Below the pieces are notes generated by a model. The model searched no databases. It was not told the DNA's origin and saw nothing but the letters and a program-made list of their open reading frames with translations. Below, piece by piece: positions 1-9,890 of a stretch of DNA of 41,791 nt (position 1 is its first letter; the number at the start of each line of letters is the position of its first letter). A program made the position numbers and the translations under genes. The DNA comes from a virus (Duplodnaviria; Caudoviricetes): IMG/VR virus record IMGVR_UViG_3300037420_000858, positions 1-41,791 of that record. One strand, 5' to 3'.

Positions 1-127
1 GCCCTGCTCAAGGATGCGATAAACGCCGTCGATCTCCGGCTTCAGCGCGTCACCGATGACCTTCCACTCGCCCGACGCGGCCAGCTCGGCAGCTTCCTTC
101 GGGCTGACCATGTGCGCGTACCCGAGC
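1..127. repeat. Terminal direct repeat (left copy); circularisation overlap
   Basis: Identical to 41665-41791; the 127-nt length is typical of an assembler k-mer overlap; a reading frame continues across the join. Confidence 0.95.
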
Positions 128-1500
128 ATGGATTCGAAGCGGTCAAGACGAGCGCGGTACTCGAACACCTGACGGGCCGAGTGCATGAACATCGCCGGGT
201 TCGTCGAGTCCTTGGCGTTCCAGAAGTTGTAGCCCGAGTTGCGCTGCGCCTCGTCGAGCTTGCCGCCCGGATTCCACTTCGACCGCCCACGCCCCGACGA
301 CACATCCAGCTTCTCGGGACGCACCGCAATATGCGAACGGATCGCACCCGCGTAGTTGTCGCCCCGCACCCCAGCCACCTTCAGCAGCTCGGATTCAAGA
401 CTGGCACGGCGAACGGCGAGTTCCGGGTCGAGGCCCTCGTCGATCAGACGCTTCGTGGTGAGAGCCGACAGGTCACGAGCAGCCTGCGCCGCCTCGACGA
501 TATGCGGGTCGTTGAGATCCACCTTCTCGCGGATCTGCTCAAGCTCCCCGAGGCGTGACTTCACGCGGGCCAGGTTGCGCTGGTTGACCTTGATGCTCTC
601 GGCGCGGTCAGCATCCCGCAGGCTGTCGAAGCCCCGCTCCTCGTACGCCATCTCCTCGTCGAGGTCTGCGCGCTTGGCCTTCCCGCCCTTCACAACGAGC
701 GTGGCGTCGCCCTTGCGGATGCCCCCGCTGGCCTTGCGCTGGATCTCCTGCTCGAGCGCGTGGTGACGCGTCGTGTAGAACTCCACGAGGTCATCGATGT
801 CGTGACCGCCAGCCACGATCCACACAGCCTTGCGCTTCAGGCCACGCACCTTTGCCAGTGCCTCGCGGAGTGGGCGCAGGTTCGCCGCGTTCTCCCGAGC
901 GGTCGCGCGAGCATCGAGCCGCTTGACGTGGCGGGCGACACGGGACCGGGCGCCGATGATCGGAGCCTCGTCGAAGCGATTGCTGACGCGATCAACGAGC
1001 GCCTGTCTGCCAGCAATGACGGGGTTCTCGGACAGCTCGCGTTCGAAGCCCTTGGCGAGGTCGGCGGATTCGATACGGCTGAACTTCTTGGCATCGTCCA
1101 CGACGCCGAGCAGCTTGCCACCCTTCGCCGCAGCGCCAGCCCCGCCTGTAAATACCGCCAACACATCGAGCGCCGGGCTGAGTGGGTGCTTCGTGAACGC
1201 GTGACCCGCAGCGCCGAAGTGACCGCGCCCCAGTTCGCCCCAGAACGTGCCGGGATCCGTGTACGAGTGTCGGATCGCACCGAGGATGTCATCCGTCTGG
1301 TACGGCCCATGCGCCAAGCCGACCGCATGCCCCGCGTCATGGACGATCGACGACCCCATGTGGGCCAGTCCGGGGATGAACCCGGTCGCCGTGTCCTGCA
1401 CGTCATCAACGAGATTGCCGAGGAATCCGAGGAACGCGTTGTGATGCTTCGGCTTGCCGCCGCCGTGGCTTGCGCCACTCGATGATCCGTACTTGCCCAT
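1..1500 (-). CDS. Large internal virion/DNA-ejection protein, N-terminal part (about 930 aa in total, continues at 41664-40372)
   Basis: ATG at 1500 overlaps the upstream stop (TGATG); reads MGKYGSSSGASHGGGKPKHHNAFLGFLGNLVDD...; same frame as ORF 40372-41775 across the circular join; missed by the ORF track. Confidence 0.75.
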   Translation of the reverse strand, partial: MGKYGSSSGASHGGGKPKHHNAFLGFLGNLVDDVQDTATGFIPGLAHMGSSIVHDAGHAVGLAHGPYQTDDILGAIRHSYTDPGTFWGELGRGHFGAAGHAFTKHPLSPALDVLAVFTGGAGAAAKGGKLLGVVDDAKKFSRIESADLAKGFERELSENPVIAGRQALVDRVSNRFDEAPIIGARSRVARHVKRLDARATARENAANLRPLREALAKVRGLKRKAVWIVAGGHDIDDLVEFYTTRHHALEQEIQRKASGGIRKGDATLVVKGGKAKRADLDEEMAYEERGFDSLRDADRAESIKVNQRNLARVKSRLGELEQIREKVDLNDPHIVEAAQAARDLSALTTKRLIDEGLDPELAVRRASLESELLKVAGVRGDNYAGAIRSHIAVRPEKLDVSSGRGRSKWNPGGKLDEAQRNSGYNFWNAKDSTNPAMFMHSARQVFEYRARLDRFESMLGYAHMVSPKEAAELAASGEWKVIGDALKPEIDGVYRILEQG

Positions 1501-3050
1501 CAGTGGTTCGGCAGGGTGTCGATCGCCTGGCCGGCGAAATCAATAGCGCCAAGAACCCCGTGTCGTCGGTGCGCGGCAGCCCACCCGCCTGGGCCGAAGT
1601 ATTGCGTGATGATGCGCCGCTGAGCCGGCGTGCTCACACCTCGATTAGCCAGCAGCGCGAGGATGTGGCGGGGGTCCGACGAGTTGATGCTGTCGGGGAA
1701 CCACTTCGATGCGAGCAACGCCGCCGTCGTCGGGTTCAACCCGGCTCTGTCAGTGAGCAGATTCCACGCGGTTCGCCACGGCTGCGCGACCGGGATGCGG
1801 TTTCCGGTTGGCTTTCCGTCCGGCCCCTTCTCCTGCGTGAATACGTGGTCGTATGCTTCCTTCACGGCCGCCTGATACTTCTTCGGAATGTTGCCGTAGA
1901 TCGACGGGTCGGCGTGATCGTCTGCAGCGTGTCCTGCCGCCTGCGGATCGAGGCGTGCCGCGCCGAGTGCGAGCTGGCCCTGTCGGTAGTTGTCCTCCGA
2001 CTGGAGCTTCGCCATGTCCACGCCGAGCTTCTGCTGCGCGATCGCCTGATCGAGAGCGGCCGCCTGCTGCGCCTGCTGCATCTGGTACAGCATCTCCGGG
2101 CGCTTGCCCTTGTTCTCCGCCATCGCACGATCAAGGTCGCGGATACCAGCCGACGCCCGCAGCGCCTCCTGCTGATTCATCTCCCGCTGAGCCGCGCGAC
2201 CACTGGCCTGAAGCTGCGCCATCGTCGTACCGAGCGACTGACCCTCACCCTCAAGGTCGTGGATCATGTTGTCAGCCGATGCCGCGACCGCGCCCTGCGT
2301 CTGGGCTGCCTCTGTTGCCGCCTGCTGCTGGCCAGTGCCGCCGTTGCTCGGCCCCATCAGGGATCGCAGGTAGTCCTGATTCTTCGCGATCGTGTCCGCC
2401 GAGATGCCCTTCAGCTCTGCCGCGCGAGCAACCATCCGGCCGAAGTCATCGGTCGCGTCGTCACGGATCGCGCCGACCTGCTGATCGTAGAAATCAGACA
2501 GGCGATTGGTCTGGTTCACGTTGCCGGCGGACTGCTCGATGATCGCCTTCTTGTCACCTTCGAGCCCGACGTTCTGGCCAGCGATGATCTCGTCCACCAG
2601 CTTCGACAGGGGATCAACCTTCGGGCCCGCAGGGGCGCTCGTCGCGCCACTGACACGGCTGGTCCGAACGCGATGCACATTGCCGTGAGCGTCGGTGAAC
2701 GTCAACGGTCGGCGCACGACACGATGGTTGCCCCCAACACCACTATCAGACATGCCCGCAGAGGCCCCTGAGACGCCCTGAGAGGCGCTCCCAGAGCTGG
2801 CCGGTGTCCTAGTACCACTCGACGGTCGAGGGGCGCGAATCGGGCGCGGGCGAGACGCCGGAGCGGGGCGATGGTGCGCGGGACGATTCACCTGCAGGCC
2901 AGCGAGGAGGTGCCCGATCGGGGCCAGCGGATTAGCACCGCTACCAGCCTGAGGTCCGACGACCTCGACATGCGGTGTGAAATGGGACGCGACGCCATGC
3001 GCGATCGGCCTCGCCAGATGATGAACGCCAAACGGATCGTACCAACTCAT
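1500..3050 (-). CDS. Putative internal virion/ejection protein (516 aa)
   Basis: Gln/Ala-rich helical core; lies between tail genes and the large internal protein. Confidence 0.6.
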   Translation of the reverse strand: MSWYDPFGVHHLARPIAHGVASHFTPHVEVVGPQAGSGANPLAPIGHLLAGLQVNRPAHHRPAPASRPRPIRAPRPSSGTRTPASSGSASQGVSGASAGMSDSGVGGNHRVVRRPLTFTDAHGNVHRVRTSRVSGATSAPAGPKVDPLSKLVDEIIAGQNVGLEGDKKAIIEQSAGNVNQTNRLSDFYDQQVGAIRDDATDDFGRMVARAAELKGISADTIAKNQDYLRSLMGPSNGGTGQQQAATEAAQTQGAVAASADNMIHDLEGEGQSLGTTMAQLQASGRAAQREMNQQEALRASAGIRDLDRAMAENKGKRPEMLYQMQQAQQAAALDQAIAQQKLGVDMAKLQSEDNYRQGQLALGAARLDPQAAGHAADDHADPSIYGNIPKKYQAAVKEAYDHVFTQEKGPDGKPTGNRIPVAQPWRTAWNLLTDRAGLNPTTAALLASKWFPDSINSSDPRHILALLANRGVSTPAQRRIITQYFGPGGWAAAHRRHGVLGAIDFAGQAIDTLPNH

Positions 3051-3052
3051 AT

Positions 3053-4063
3053 CTAGCGCCCTCGTCGAAGCGGGACCGGAGCGGGAGTGCCCGGCCGAAC
3101 AGAACCAATCCCCGTACCCACCGGGCCAGCAGCGCGGATCAGCCGACCCGTACCAACCTCGCGGATATTGCCGTGGCCATCCATGAACGTCTTACCGCGC
3201 GGCGGGCGAGGAGCGTTGTTCTCCTGCGGGCGCAGGGCGAGCGGCTTCGCGGGCGACGGGCTGGCAGGAGCAGGCTCATCGGGAACAGCAATCGGCGCAG
3301 CGGGATACAACTCGCCCCACTGATCGCGGTACTGGCCATCGATGCCCTCGCTCTGGATGGCCTGCTGCCGCTCAAGCTCCGCAAGCGCAGCATTCAAACG
3401 AGCCGTCGCCGCCGAGCCATACTGCTGCTCAATGTCGGCCATGTGCCGATCGAACTCCTTGAAGCGATCCGCGTCAGCAACCTCGCGTGTACCCGACCGC
3501 AGCAGGCCAGCGCGGGCAAGATTGTCCTCGCCGCTCTCGACCTGACGCGCGTAACCCTGCTTCGAATCGCCAAGCTCACGCTCGTAGTCGATCTTGTTCT
3601 GCGCAAGCTGCGACGCAATCTCCCGACGCTGGCCATCAAGATCATCACCCAGCATCGCCATGTCGCGGATATAGCCGGACTGACTGCGATAGTCGAGTGG
3701 GTCGTGCGGGATCTCAGGAGCGGCAGTCGCGACGGCGGCGGGCACCTGGGCTGTGGCACCAGACTGACTAGCAGGGCGAGACGCAGGCAGCGGACGACGA
3801 CCCGAATCGAAACCCGGCTGGCCCTTCAACGGGCGAGGCTTCGCATGGAACCCACCGGGGATGACCGGCTTCGCAGTCGCAGGCTTCGCGAACGGGTTGC
3901 GTGGCGGCTTCGTACCAGATCCGTGCGCGTTGAACCCACCCGGCTTCACGCCCGACAGGCCCATGTGCAGCGTCGACATGCGACCATGCGAGCCACCCAT
4001 GTTCACGCCGAGATGACCCTGCCGGATCTGATTCGCGACAGACATTGCGGGGGAAGCAATCAT
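3053..4063 (-). CDS. Putative internal virion/ejection protein (about 336 aa)
   Basis: TAATG coupling at 4063; coiled-coil core with LARAGLLRSG motif; Pro/Gly-rich ends. Confidence 0.6.
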   Translation of the reverse strand: MIASPAMSVANQIRQGHLGVNMGGSHGRMSTLHMGLSGVKPGGFNAHGSGTKPPRNPFAKPATAKPVIPGGFHAKPRPLKGQPGFDSGRRPLPASRPASQSGATAQVPAAVATAAPEIPHDPLDYRSQSGYIRDMAMLGDDLDGQRREIASQLAQNKIDYERELGDSKQGYARQVESGEDNLARAGLLRSGTREVADADRFKEFDRHMADIEQQYGSAATARLNAALAELERQQAIQSEGIDGQYRDQWGELYPAAPIAVPDEPAPASPSPAKPLALRPQENNAPRPPRGKTFMDGHGNIREVGTGRLIRAAGPVGTGIGSVRPGTPAPVPLRRGR

Positions 4064-4530
4064 TAGCCGATGATTTCCCATTCGAGGTAGCCCGCCACGA
4101 TCGTCACCGCAGCCGCAGCCTCCGGGCCAACCTCAAGCTGCACGACCTGCGTAGCGGCTGGGACGATGATGCCCTCGATAGTCGCAATGACAGACGTGCC
4201 AACGAGATCGGTCGGTGCGGTGTAGCCACCCGTCGTCGAGCCCGTCGTGACGTAACCCGCAGCCGTGCCGCCGTCAATGGCAGGAGTGCCGTCGCCGCCG
4301 ATCAGGCCGAAGTAGGTGTTGTACGTCGCGGCCGTTGTCGGGCTGGCGGAGGGACCGAAGCGGATGCCGGTGGTGCCCGCCGCAACGGTGCAGAGGAGGA
4401 CGGCTTTCCAGTGGTACTTCTTGCCGAGCTGTGCGGCCCAGTTGAGGCCAGTGACAGGCGTGTAGTTGGTCGACGCTCCGGTGGTTACGCCGGATGAGCC
4501 GAGCAGGATGCGATCGCGCGAGAGCGCCAT
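4063..4530 (-). CDS. Structural protein, beta-rich (155 aa)
   Basis: AAGGAG RBS; Thr/Gly/Ala-rich; located in the tail module. Confidence 0.55.
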   Translation of the reverse strand: MALSRDRILLGSSGVTTGASTNYTPVTGLNWAAQLGKKYHWKAVLLCTVAAGTTGIRFGPSASPTTAATYNTYFGLIGGDGTPAIDGGTAAGYVTTGSTTGGYTAPTDLVGTSVIATIEGIIVPAATQVVQLEVGPEAAAAVTIVAGYLEWEIIG

Positions 4531-4581
4531 GCGTGTCTCCTTGAGGGTTATCTAACGGGGTAGAAAAGGATCGGTCGTATC

Positions 4582-4782
4582 TCACAGCGGGGTTTCGATG
4601 CCGACCGCCGCGCGGGCCTCAGCGTCGAGCCATAGAAACTCAAGCCGTGGGATCTCTCGCATGGGTCCGTGCTTGCGACAGTTGGGCGGTTCGTCGCCGA
4701 CCGTTCCGGCGTGCATGTGCGCGAGCCCGTCGCCGGGGTCGCACACGTCGCAAAGGAAGTAGTGGTCATCGTCCGCGTACAT
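4582..4782 (-). CDS. Small Cys/His protein (possible fibre chaperone or zinc binder)
   Basis: CDVC...CRKH; directly after the tail fibre gene. Confidence 0.5.
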   Translation of the reverse strand: MYADDDHYFLCDVCDPGDGLAHMHAGTVGDEPPNCRKHGPMREIPRLEFLWLDAEARAAVGIETPL

Positions 4783-4784
4783 CG

Positions 4785-6737
4785 TCAGTCCCAACGCGCT
4801 AGGAGGTAGGTGGGATAAGTCGTGCCCGACACGGTTCGAATCGTCGTCGAGGTGGCGTCAGAGTTCAGAATCGCGAAACTGAACGTCTTGCTGCCCGAGA
4901 ACGGCGCAACGCGCGCTGACATCGTGAACGGCCACGGGCGACCGACCGCCGACGTGATGCAGTCAGCAAGGCAGATGCGGGTTCCCGACCCCACCGTGCC
5001 GTCCCACAACTCCGGGTTCATTTCGGTGTCCGGCGTGCCACCCGACATGTAGAGGCCCGCGCACCAGAAGTCGACCCACATGTAGTTCACGTTGTCGCCG
5101 GTGACGGTGATGCTCATGATGGCCGACGTTCGAACGCCGCTCGACAGGGAGCCGCTGTCGAAGTCCGTCGTGCGCGTGGTGAAGCCACCAGAGACGGTGC
5201 CGCGAGGCACCCACTTTGCTCCGCCAACGGATGCGGTATCGCTGGTTATGACACTTCCGTCAGAAGTACCAGCAGGAGGAGACGCCACATACAGCGTGCC
5301 GTGATCGTGAATACGATCCGCCTTCTCCTCCAACTCGAAGTCGATGCGACGATCGATCTCGTCCGCGAGCGTCGTCGCCTCCTTCTGAGCGTCCTGCGCG
5401 AGATCCTGAGCGAGCCACGCCTCACTCCGCGCGATCTCATCCGTGATCCCCGACCCCGGCGCGCCATCCGCGCCGGCCGCTACAAGGAACGTCCAGCCGT
5501 TCGCGCCGGCCCAGACGGTCCCGTCCCACGTCGCGTAATCCCACACCCCGCCCAACGCGTTACCAACCGGCGTAGCGCCCAGCGTCGGCGTGCTCGTCGC
5601 GATGATCGAGTTGCCATCGTAGATCACGATGTCGCCCGTCGCATACTGCGTCGAAGCGTTCCACGCGCCACGGTACTTCGCCGCGATCGTGTTGCCAAGC
5701 TGCGCCAGATACACCTCTTGCAGCGCACCCTCAACCTGCGTCGAGGTGTAATAGCCCGCCGCATCCACAATCGGAATCGACGACGCGTCATGCGCGCTCG
5801 AGCTGGCCAAGTGGATACCGAGATCAAGCCGATCCGCTTTCTCGTCCAACTCGAAATCAAGACGCCGATTCGTCGCGTCATCCAGCGCCGTCGCTTCGTA
5901 GATCGCGTCCTGCGCCAAGTCCTGCGCAAGCATGATCTCCGACATCAACGGATCAATGCGATTGCTTAGATCGGTGTCGGCCGCAGCGCGAGCCGTGGCC
6001 TCGTTCGTGATGTTGGTCTGAAGCGTCGTATCAGCAGCAGCGCGAGCAGCCGCCTCCGCGTCCACGTTGGCCTGTACCGTCGTGACGCTGCCCGTCGTCG
6101 CCTTCTCCGAGTCCAGCTCGTTGATAGCACCTTGCACGGTTGTAGCCGCGACATTGCCAGCAGGGGTATTGGTGATCGCACTCGCCGCGTGCGCGTCCGT
6201 GGTGTCCGCAAGATGCGCGTCTATGTTGGCCTGCACCGCCGCGTCACCAATCGCAACGTCAAGACGGTCGGCCTTCTCGTCAAGCTCGAAGTCGATGCGG
6301 CGGTTCGTGGCATCGTCGAGATTAGTGGCTTCAGTGATCGCGTCCTGCGCGAGATCCTGGGCCAGCATGATCTCGGAGACGAGCGGGTCGATCCGATTGT
6401 CGAGCGCGGTATCAGCAGCCGCCCTTGCGGTTGCCTCGGCCGTGTCCGCAGACGCCCGGGTGGACGCCTCCGCGTCAAGCTCCGCCTGTGTCGCGAGGTC
6501 AGTCGAGAGTTGCCAGTAGCGGAGGTCGCCGCGCGCATCGTTGTGATACTGCGGGTGGTCGTCGTCCGAGAGGCCAGTGAGTGCGCCGTGGTCGGTGACG
6601 GTGCCGGCAACCACGCCCGCGATCTGCTCGTCGAGCTCTGCCTTCGTGACAGCCTTCTCGAAGTTCTGCGCGAGGGCGCTATCGAGCTTCGGGTCATTCG
6701 AGACGCGACTGCGAAAACTGAAGGGGAACTTGCCCAT
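4785..6737 (-). CDS. Tail fibre / receptor-binding protein (650 aa) with internal repeats
   Basis: HGALTGLSDDDHPQY and AHLADTTDAHAASAI fibre motifs; YRGAWNASTQYATGDIVIY carbohydrate-binding-like motif; three LAQDLAQDA...RRIDFELDEKADR repeats. Confidence 0.8.
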   Translation of the reverse strand: MGKFPFSFRSRVSNDPKLDSALAQNFEKAVTKAELDEQIAGVVAGTVTDHGALTGLSDDDHPQYHNDARGDLRYWQLSTDLATQAELDAEASTRASADTAEATARAAADTALDNRIDPLVSEIMLAQDLAQDAITEATNLDDATNRRIDFELDEKADRLDVAIGDAAVQANIDAHLADTTDAHAASAITNTPAGNVAATTVQGAINELDSEKATTGSVTTVQANVDAEAAARAAADTTLQTNITNEATARAAADTDLSNRIDPLMSEIMLAQDLAQDAIYEATALDDATNRRLDFELDEKADRLDLGIHLASSSAHDASSIPIVDAAGYYTSTQVEGALQEVYLAQLGNTIAAKYRGAWNASTQYATGDIVIYDGNSIIATSTPTLGATPVGNALGGVWDYATWDGTVWAGANGWTFLVAAGADGAPGSGITDEIARSEAWLAQDLAQDAQKEATTLADEIDRRIDFELEEKADRIHDHGTLYVASPPAGTSDGSVITSDTASVGGAKWVPRGTVSGGFTTRTTDFDSGSLSSGVRTSAIMSITVTGDNVNYMWVDFWCAGLYMSGGTPDTEMNPELWDGTVGSGTRICLADCITSAVGRPWPFTMSARVAPFSGSKTFSFAILNSDATSTTIRTVSGTTYPTYLLARWD

Positions 6738-6740
6738 CGA

Positions 6741-7370
6741 CTACGAGGCCGGGCCGACGTACTCCACGGTCAGTCCGACCACGAGCGTCGTGGACGAAGC
6801 CGACGTGTTCGCAATGTACGGCTGGATGTAATCGTTCGCGGTAAGCGATGCGTACAGGGTGACGCCCGGCACAAACCCCATCGAGATCGCGGTCGTCGTA
6901 TTCGGATTGACCACGCTGCCCGCCGCCCCAGTGGCAACGCCATTGACCGCATAACCGAAAGTTGCAGACGCGCTCGCGGGGAGGGTCGCTCCGAACGACA
7001 GGCTCGACACGATGCTGTACCACCCCGTCCGCTTGACCGTGAGCTTCGACGCGGTCGCGTCCACATCGATGCCGTTCGTCGGATCAGTCTCGATGAGCTG
7101 AGTGCCAGCGCCCGTCACGATCTTGTTGCCGTCACTGGAGACAACAGCCGTCGATGCGCCCGACAGCTTGCCGATGTACGGCATCCCCAGCTTCGGGGGC
7201 GTCACGACCCCATCGGTGATCTTTGCGGCGGCAGACACCGCCCCGTCCTGAAGCTTCGGAACCCCAGTCGTGTTGATGAGCGTCTCGATGTCATCGAAGT
7301 TCTGGTTCATGTCAGCGGCGACAATGCTCGTGCCGGAGACGAATGTGTTGGTGACGTTCAAGTCGCTCAT
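6741..7370 (-). CDS. Short tail fibre/spike protein
   Basis: N-terminal NTFVSGTSIVAADMNQNFDDI attachment-like segment; KITDGVVTPPKL repeat; beta-rich C1q-like tip. Confidence 0.7.
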   Translation of the reverse strand: MSDLNVTNTFVSGTSIVAADMNQNFDDIETLINTTGVPKLQDGAVSAAAKITDGVVTPPKLGMPYIGKLSGASTAVVSSDGNKIVTGAGTQLIETDPTNGIDVDATASKLTVKRTGWYSIVSSLSFGATLPASASATFGYAVNGVATGAAGSVVNPNTTTAISMGFVPGVTLYASLTANDYIQPYIANTSASSTTLVVGLTVEYVGPAS

Positions 7371-8869
7371 CAGAGTTGCCTTCGCTTAGAGGTACGGGAG
7401 AAGCTGGCCTCGATCAGGTACGCGCCGGCACCGCCAATCGAACCGCTGATGGTCTGGTCAAGTGCGTCGCGAGCGGGGGCGGTATCACTGGACGTTTCGG
7501 ACAGGCGCAGGGAGAAGCGGCGTCCAACCGCAGACAGGTGCGCCCATCCCTCAAACACCTGGTAGCCCGCCCACTCGGCCGAGTTCCAGTTCGACGTGTT
7601 CCACACACCGCCACCAGCAGCAGGGAACTCCATCGCGTCCGTGTCGAGATCGACCGAGGAGTAGTCGACTCGCACCGCAACGATCAAGTCGCCACGGCCA
7701 ACGATCCGCACGCGACGCAGGCGCTTGAAGTTCACCTCATCGCCCAGTGGGTCAAGCGGCGTCTCATACCAACACGAGATGTCAGAGCCGACGAACGACC
7801 CGCCATCGAACGCCTTGCGAACCTTCGTGCGATCGCTGGCATCAACGAAGAACGCAAGCTTCTCCGCACTCGTCAGTTCGCCCGTGGCCCACGCGTAGGC
7901 CGGGTAGTCGATCGCCATGAACGACCCCGACTGCGTGACAAGCTCAAGGCTCACATCATTGGTAGCGGCATCGAGGGCCATGCTGTGCCAGTACGACCCG
8001 AACCACGACAGGCCGGCCGAGTTCGTCAGATCGGGATCAGCCTTCTCATACAGCGGCGAGATGCGATCCGAGATGATCTGCAAGCCCTGTCCGTTCGCAG
8101 CGAACACGCCATCGCGGCACACGCCGAACACCGTATCGCCCACGCGGGCCAACGACTTGCGGCTGGCACAGCCCCGCTCAGCATCGAGCAGTCGGTTCGC
8201 GCCGGTCGTCTCGTCGTAGATCAGGTACGTCGAGCGGTTCGTGAACACCAGCAGGCCATCAGCGGTCGGCATCCCGCCAACGATCTTGTCGCTCGTGCCC
8301 GGGCCACCCAGCTCCACGTACTGGTCCGCAGGCCAGCTACCCGTACCCGTGAACGTCTCCGGGTCTGAGAACTCCACCCGCATGCCAGTCGACGGCGCGA
8401 CCCACATCCGGTTCGCCCAGATACCGAGGATGATCCCAAGCTTCGGGCCACTATCCACGCCGGGCGCGTACGTCGTCAGAGTCGTGCCGTCCCACCGGCC
8501 GAGGTTGTTCGCGCGATCCAGCCCGTACAGGTAGTCCTCGTGCTGCACGAACGTCGTCTCGGTCGCCGTGCTCATGCCGGTGCGGATATTCGTCACCGTG
8601 CCGTCACTGGCCATCTTCTGCCACGCCGTGGGCTCCGCCGCGACGAGGCACCGGGGCGAACCGTCGCGCTGCTCGTAGTACGTCAGCTCGTGCGCGTTGG
8701 CACCAAGCGTCGCGAACGCCGAGTAGCCGGTCGCCTTGTCGATCCCGCCGCGATCGTTGCAGCGGAAGTTGCGGGCGCTGGGCGTGAACCCCGGCTCGAT
8801 CGTCGACAAGCTCGACACCAGATCCAGTCCGCCATCGAACTGCGAAATGTGGACGACGTCGAACGCCAT
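7370..8869 (-). CDS. Tail nozzle / tail tubular protein B-like (499 aa)
   Basis: FDGGL N-terminus; NRMWV..RVEFSDP and GC(ASRKSL) propeller-like motifs; follows the adaptor. Confidence 0.7.
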   Translation of the reverse strand: MAFDVVHISQFDGGLDLVSSLSTIEPGFTPSARNFRCNDRGGIDKATGYSAFATLGANAHELTYYEQRDGSPRCLVAAEPTAWQKMASDGTVTNIRTGMSTATETTFVQHEDYLYGLDRANNLGRWDGTTLTTYAPGVDSGPKLGIILGIWANRMWVAPSTGMRVEFSDPETFTGTGSWPADQYVELGGPGTSDKIVGGMPTADGLLVFTNRSTYLIYDETTGANRLLDAERGCASRKSLARVGDTVFGVCRDGVFAANGQGLQIISDRISPLYEKADPDLTNSAGLSWFGSYWHSMALDAATNDVSLELVTQSGSFMAIDYPAYAWATGELTSAEKLAFFVDASDRTKVRKAFDGGSFVGSDISCWYETPLDPLGDEVNFKRLRRVRIVGRGDLIVAVRVDYSSVDLDTDAMEFPAAGGGVWNTSNWNSAEWAGYQVFEGWAHLSAVGRRFSLRLSETSSDTAPARDALDQTISGSIGGAGAYLIEASFSRTSKRRQL

Positions 8870-9567
8870 CAGATGCGGTCCATATCGCGCGGACCCTCAT
8901 ACCCGAGGTTGTCCAGCGATTCAGTCTGAGGCCCGCCAAAGCGATTCGCCCACGCCATCAGACGATCAACCGCGTTCGACCACTTCTGATCGTACAGGCC
9001 CGCCTCCTCGAAACGATTGTCGTACTCCATCGCGAGCGCAATCGCACGGTTCGCGATCACGTCGTAATGGAACGCTGCAGGGATCGCAGTCGGCGTCGCC
9101 TCCTGGCCAGTGGTCGCTCCGCTCTCGACAAGCTCCGGCGCAGCAGCGAGGTAGCTGCCCTCCAGCGTCGTCCCTGACGCCGGGTTCGGGTACAGCAATA
9201 GCTCCCGCGTCCCACGCATCGCGTAGAACAACGGGGTCGACGACGGAACCGTAGTGGCCTGCCGGAGCTGAATCAACTCCGCCTCACTGATCTGGCGCAG
9301 CGGACGATCCGTGACCGCACCATCCGTCACCCACAGCCGACGAAGCTCGATGATGTCCGTTACGTCAAGCGGCGACGTGCCGATTGTGTAGTCGCCGTCA
9401 TCGGCCGTGAGGCTCTTGCTGAACGTCGAGGTGTAGCTACCAACCTCGAGCACGGTCAGGGCATACGCCTGATTGGCATAGCTCAGCACGTTCGCTCGGT
9501 CGGTGCCTGATTCGGACAGGCCCGTGATGCTGCAAACCCGGTCGCATATCTGCTCGACAGTCGCCAA
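8869..9567 (-). CDS. Head-to-tail adaptor
   Basis: TTG start; ...LLLYPNP...PTAIPAAFHYDVI pattern typical of podoviral adaptors. Confidence 0.7.
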   Translation of the reverse strand: MATVEQICDRVCSITGLSESGTDRANVLSYANQAYALTVLEVGSYTSTFSKSLTADDGDYTIGTSPLDVTDIIELRRLWVTDGAVTDRPLRQISEAELIQLRQATTVPSSTPLFYAMRGTRELLLYPNPASGTTLEGSYLAAAPELVESGATTGQEATPTAIPAAFHYDVIANRAIALAMEYDNRFEEAGLYDQKWSNAVDRLMAWANRFGGPQTESLDNLGYEGPRDMDRI

Positions 9568-9569
9568 GA

Positions 9570-9890
9570 TCAGTCCTCGTAGGCCACGACGTACTTCGTG
9601 GTGTACGTGCCGTCAGTACGCGCCGACAGGTTCGATCGCACGTACGGATGGCAAGCACTCACCACGACATGCTGCGTACCGTTCGCAGACACGGTGACCG
9701 TGCTGATCGTGTAGTAGTTCGTGCCATCCAGCGAGCCCTGAATGAGCACCGTGCCGCCCGTCGTGACGCTCGAGGCGGTGACGGCCCATACCGAGTACCG
9801 AGCCTGCGGCGCATTCACGCCCGAGCCCGCACCCGTCGAAGTCACCGCACTCAGATCAGTCGTGACAGCACCTACAGCGAAGCGAGCCAT
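9570..9890 (-). CDS. Virion structural protein (106 aa)
   Basis: GTVLIQGSLDGTNY motif seen in phage virion beta-sandwich proteins; TGATG coupling. Confidence 0.6.
   Translation of the reverse strand: MARFAVGAVTTDLSAVTSTGAGSGVNAPQARYSVWAVTASSVTTGGTVLIQGSLDGTNYYTISTVTVSANGTQHVVVSACHPYVRSNLSARTDGTYTTKYVVAYED

Noticed and set aside
1-127. Biological terminal repeat
   Set aside because: Falls in the middle of a gene and has a k-mer-like length; best explained as an assembly overlap
4785-6737. Diversity-generating retroelement acting on the fibre repeats
   Set aside because: No reverse transcriptase in the genome; the repeats are in-frame coding and differences are not adenine-specific
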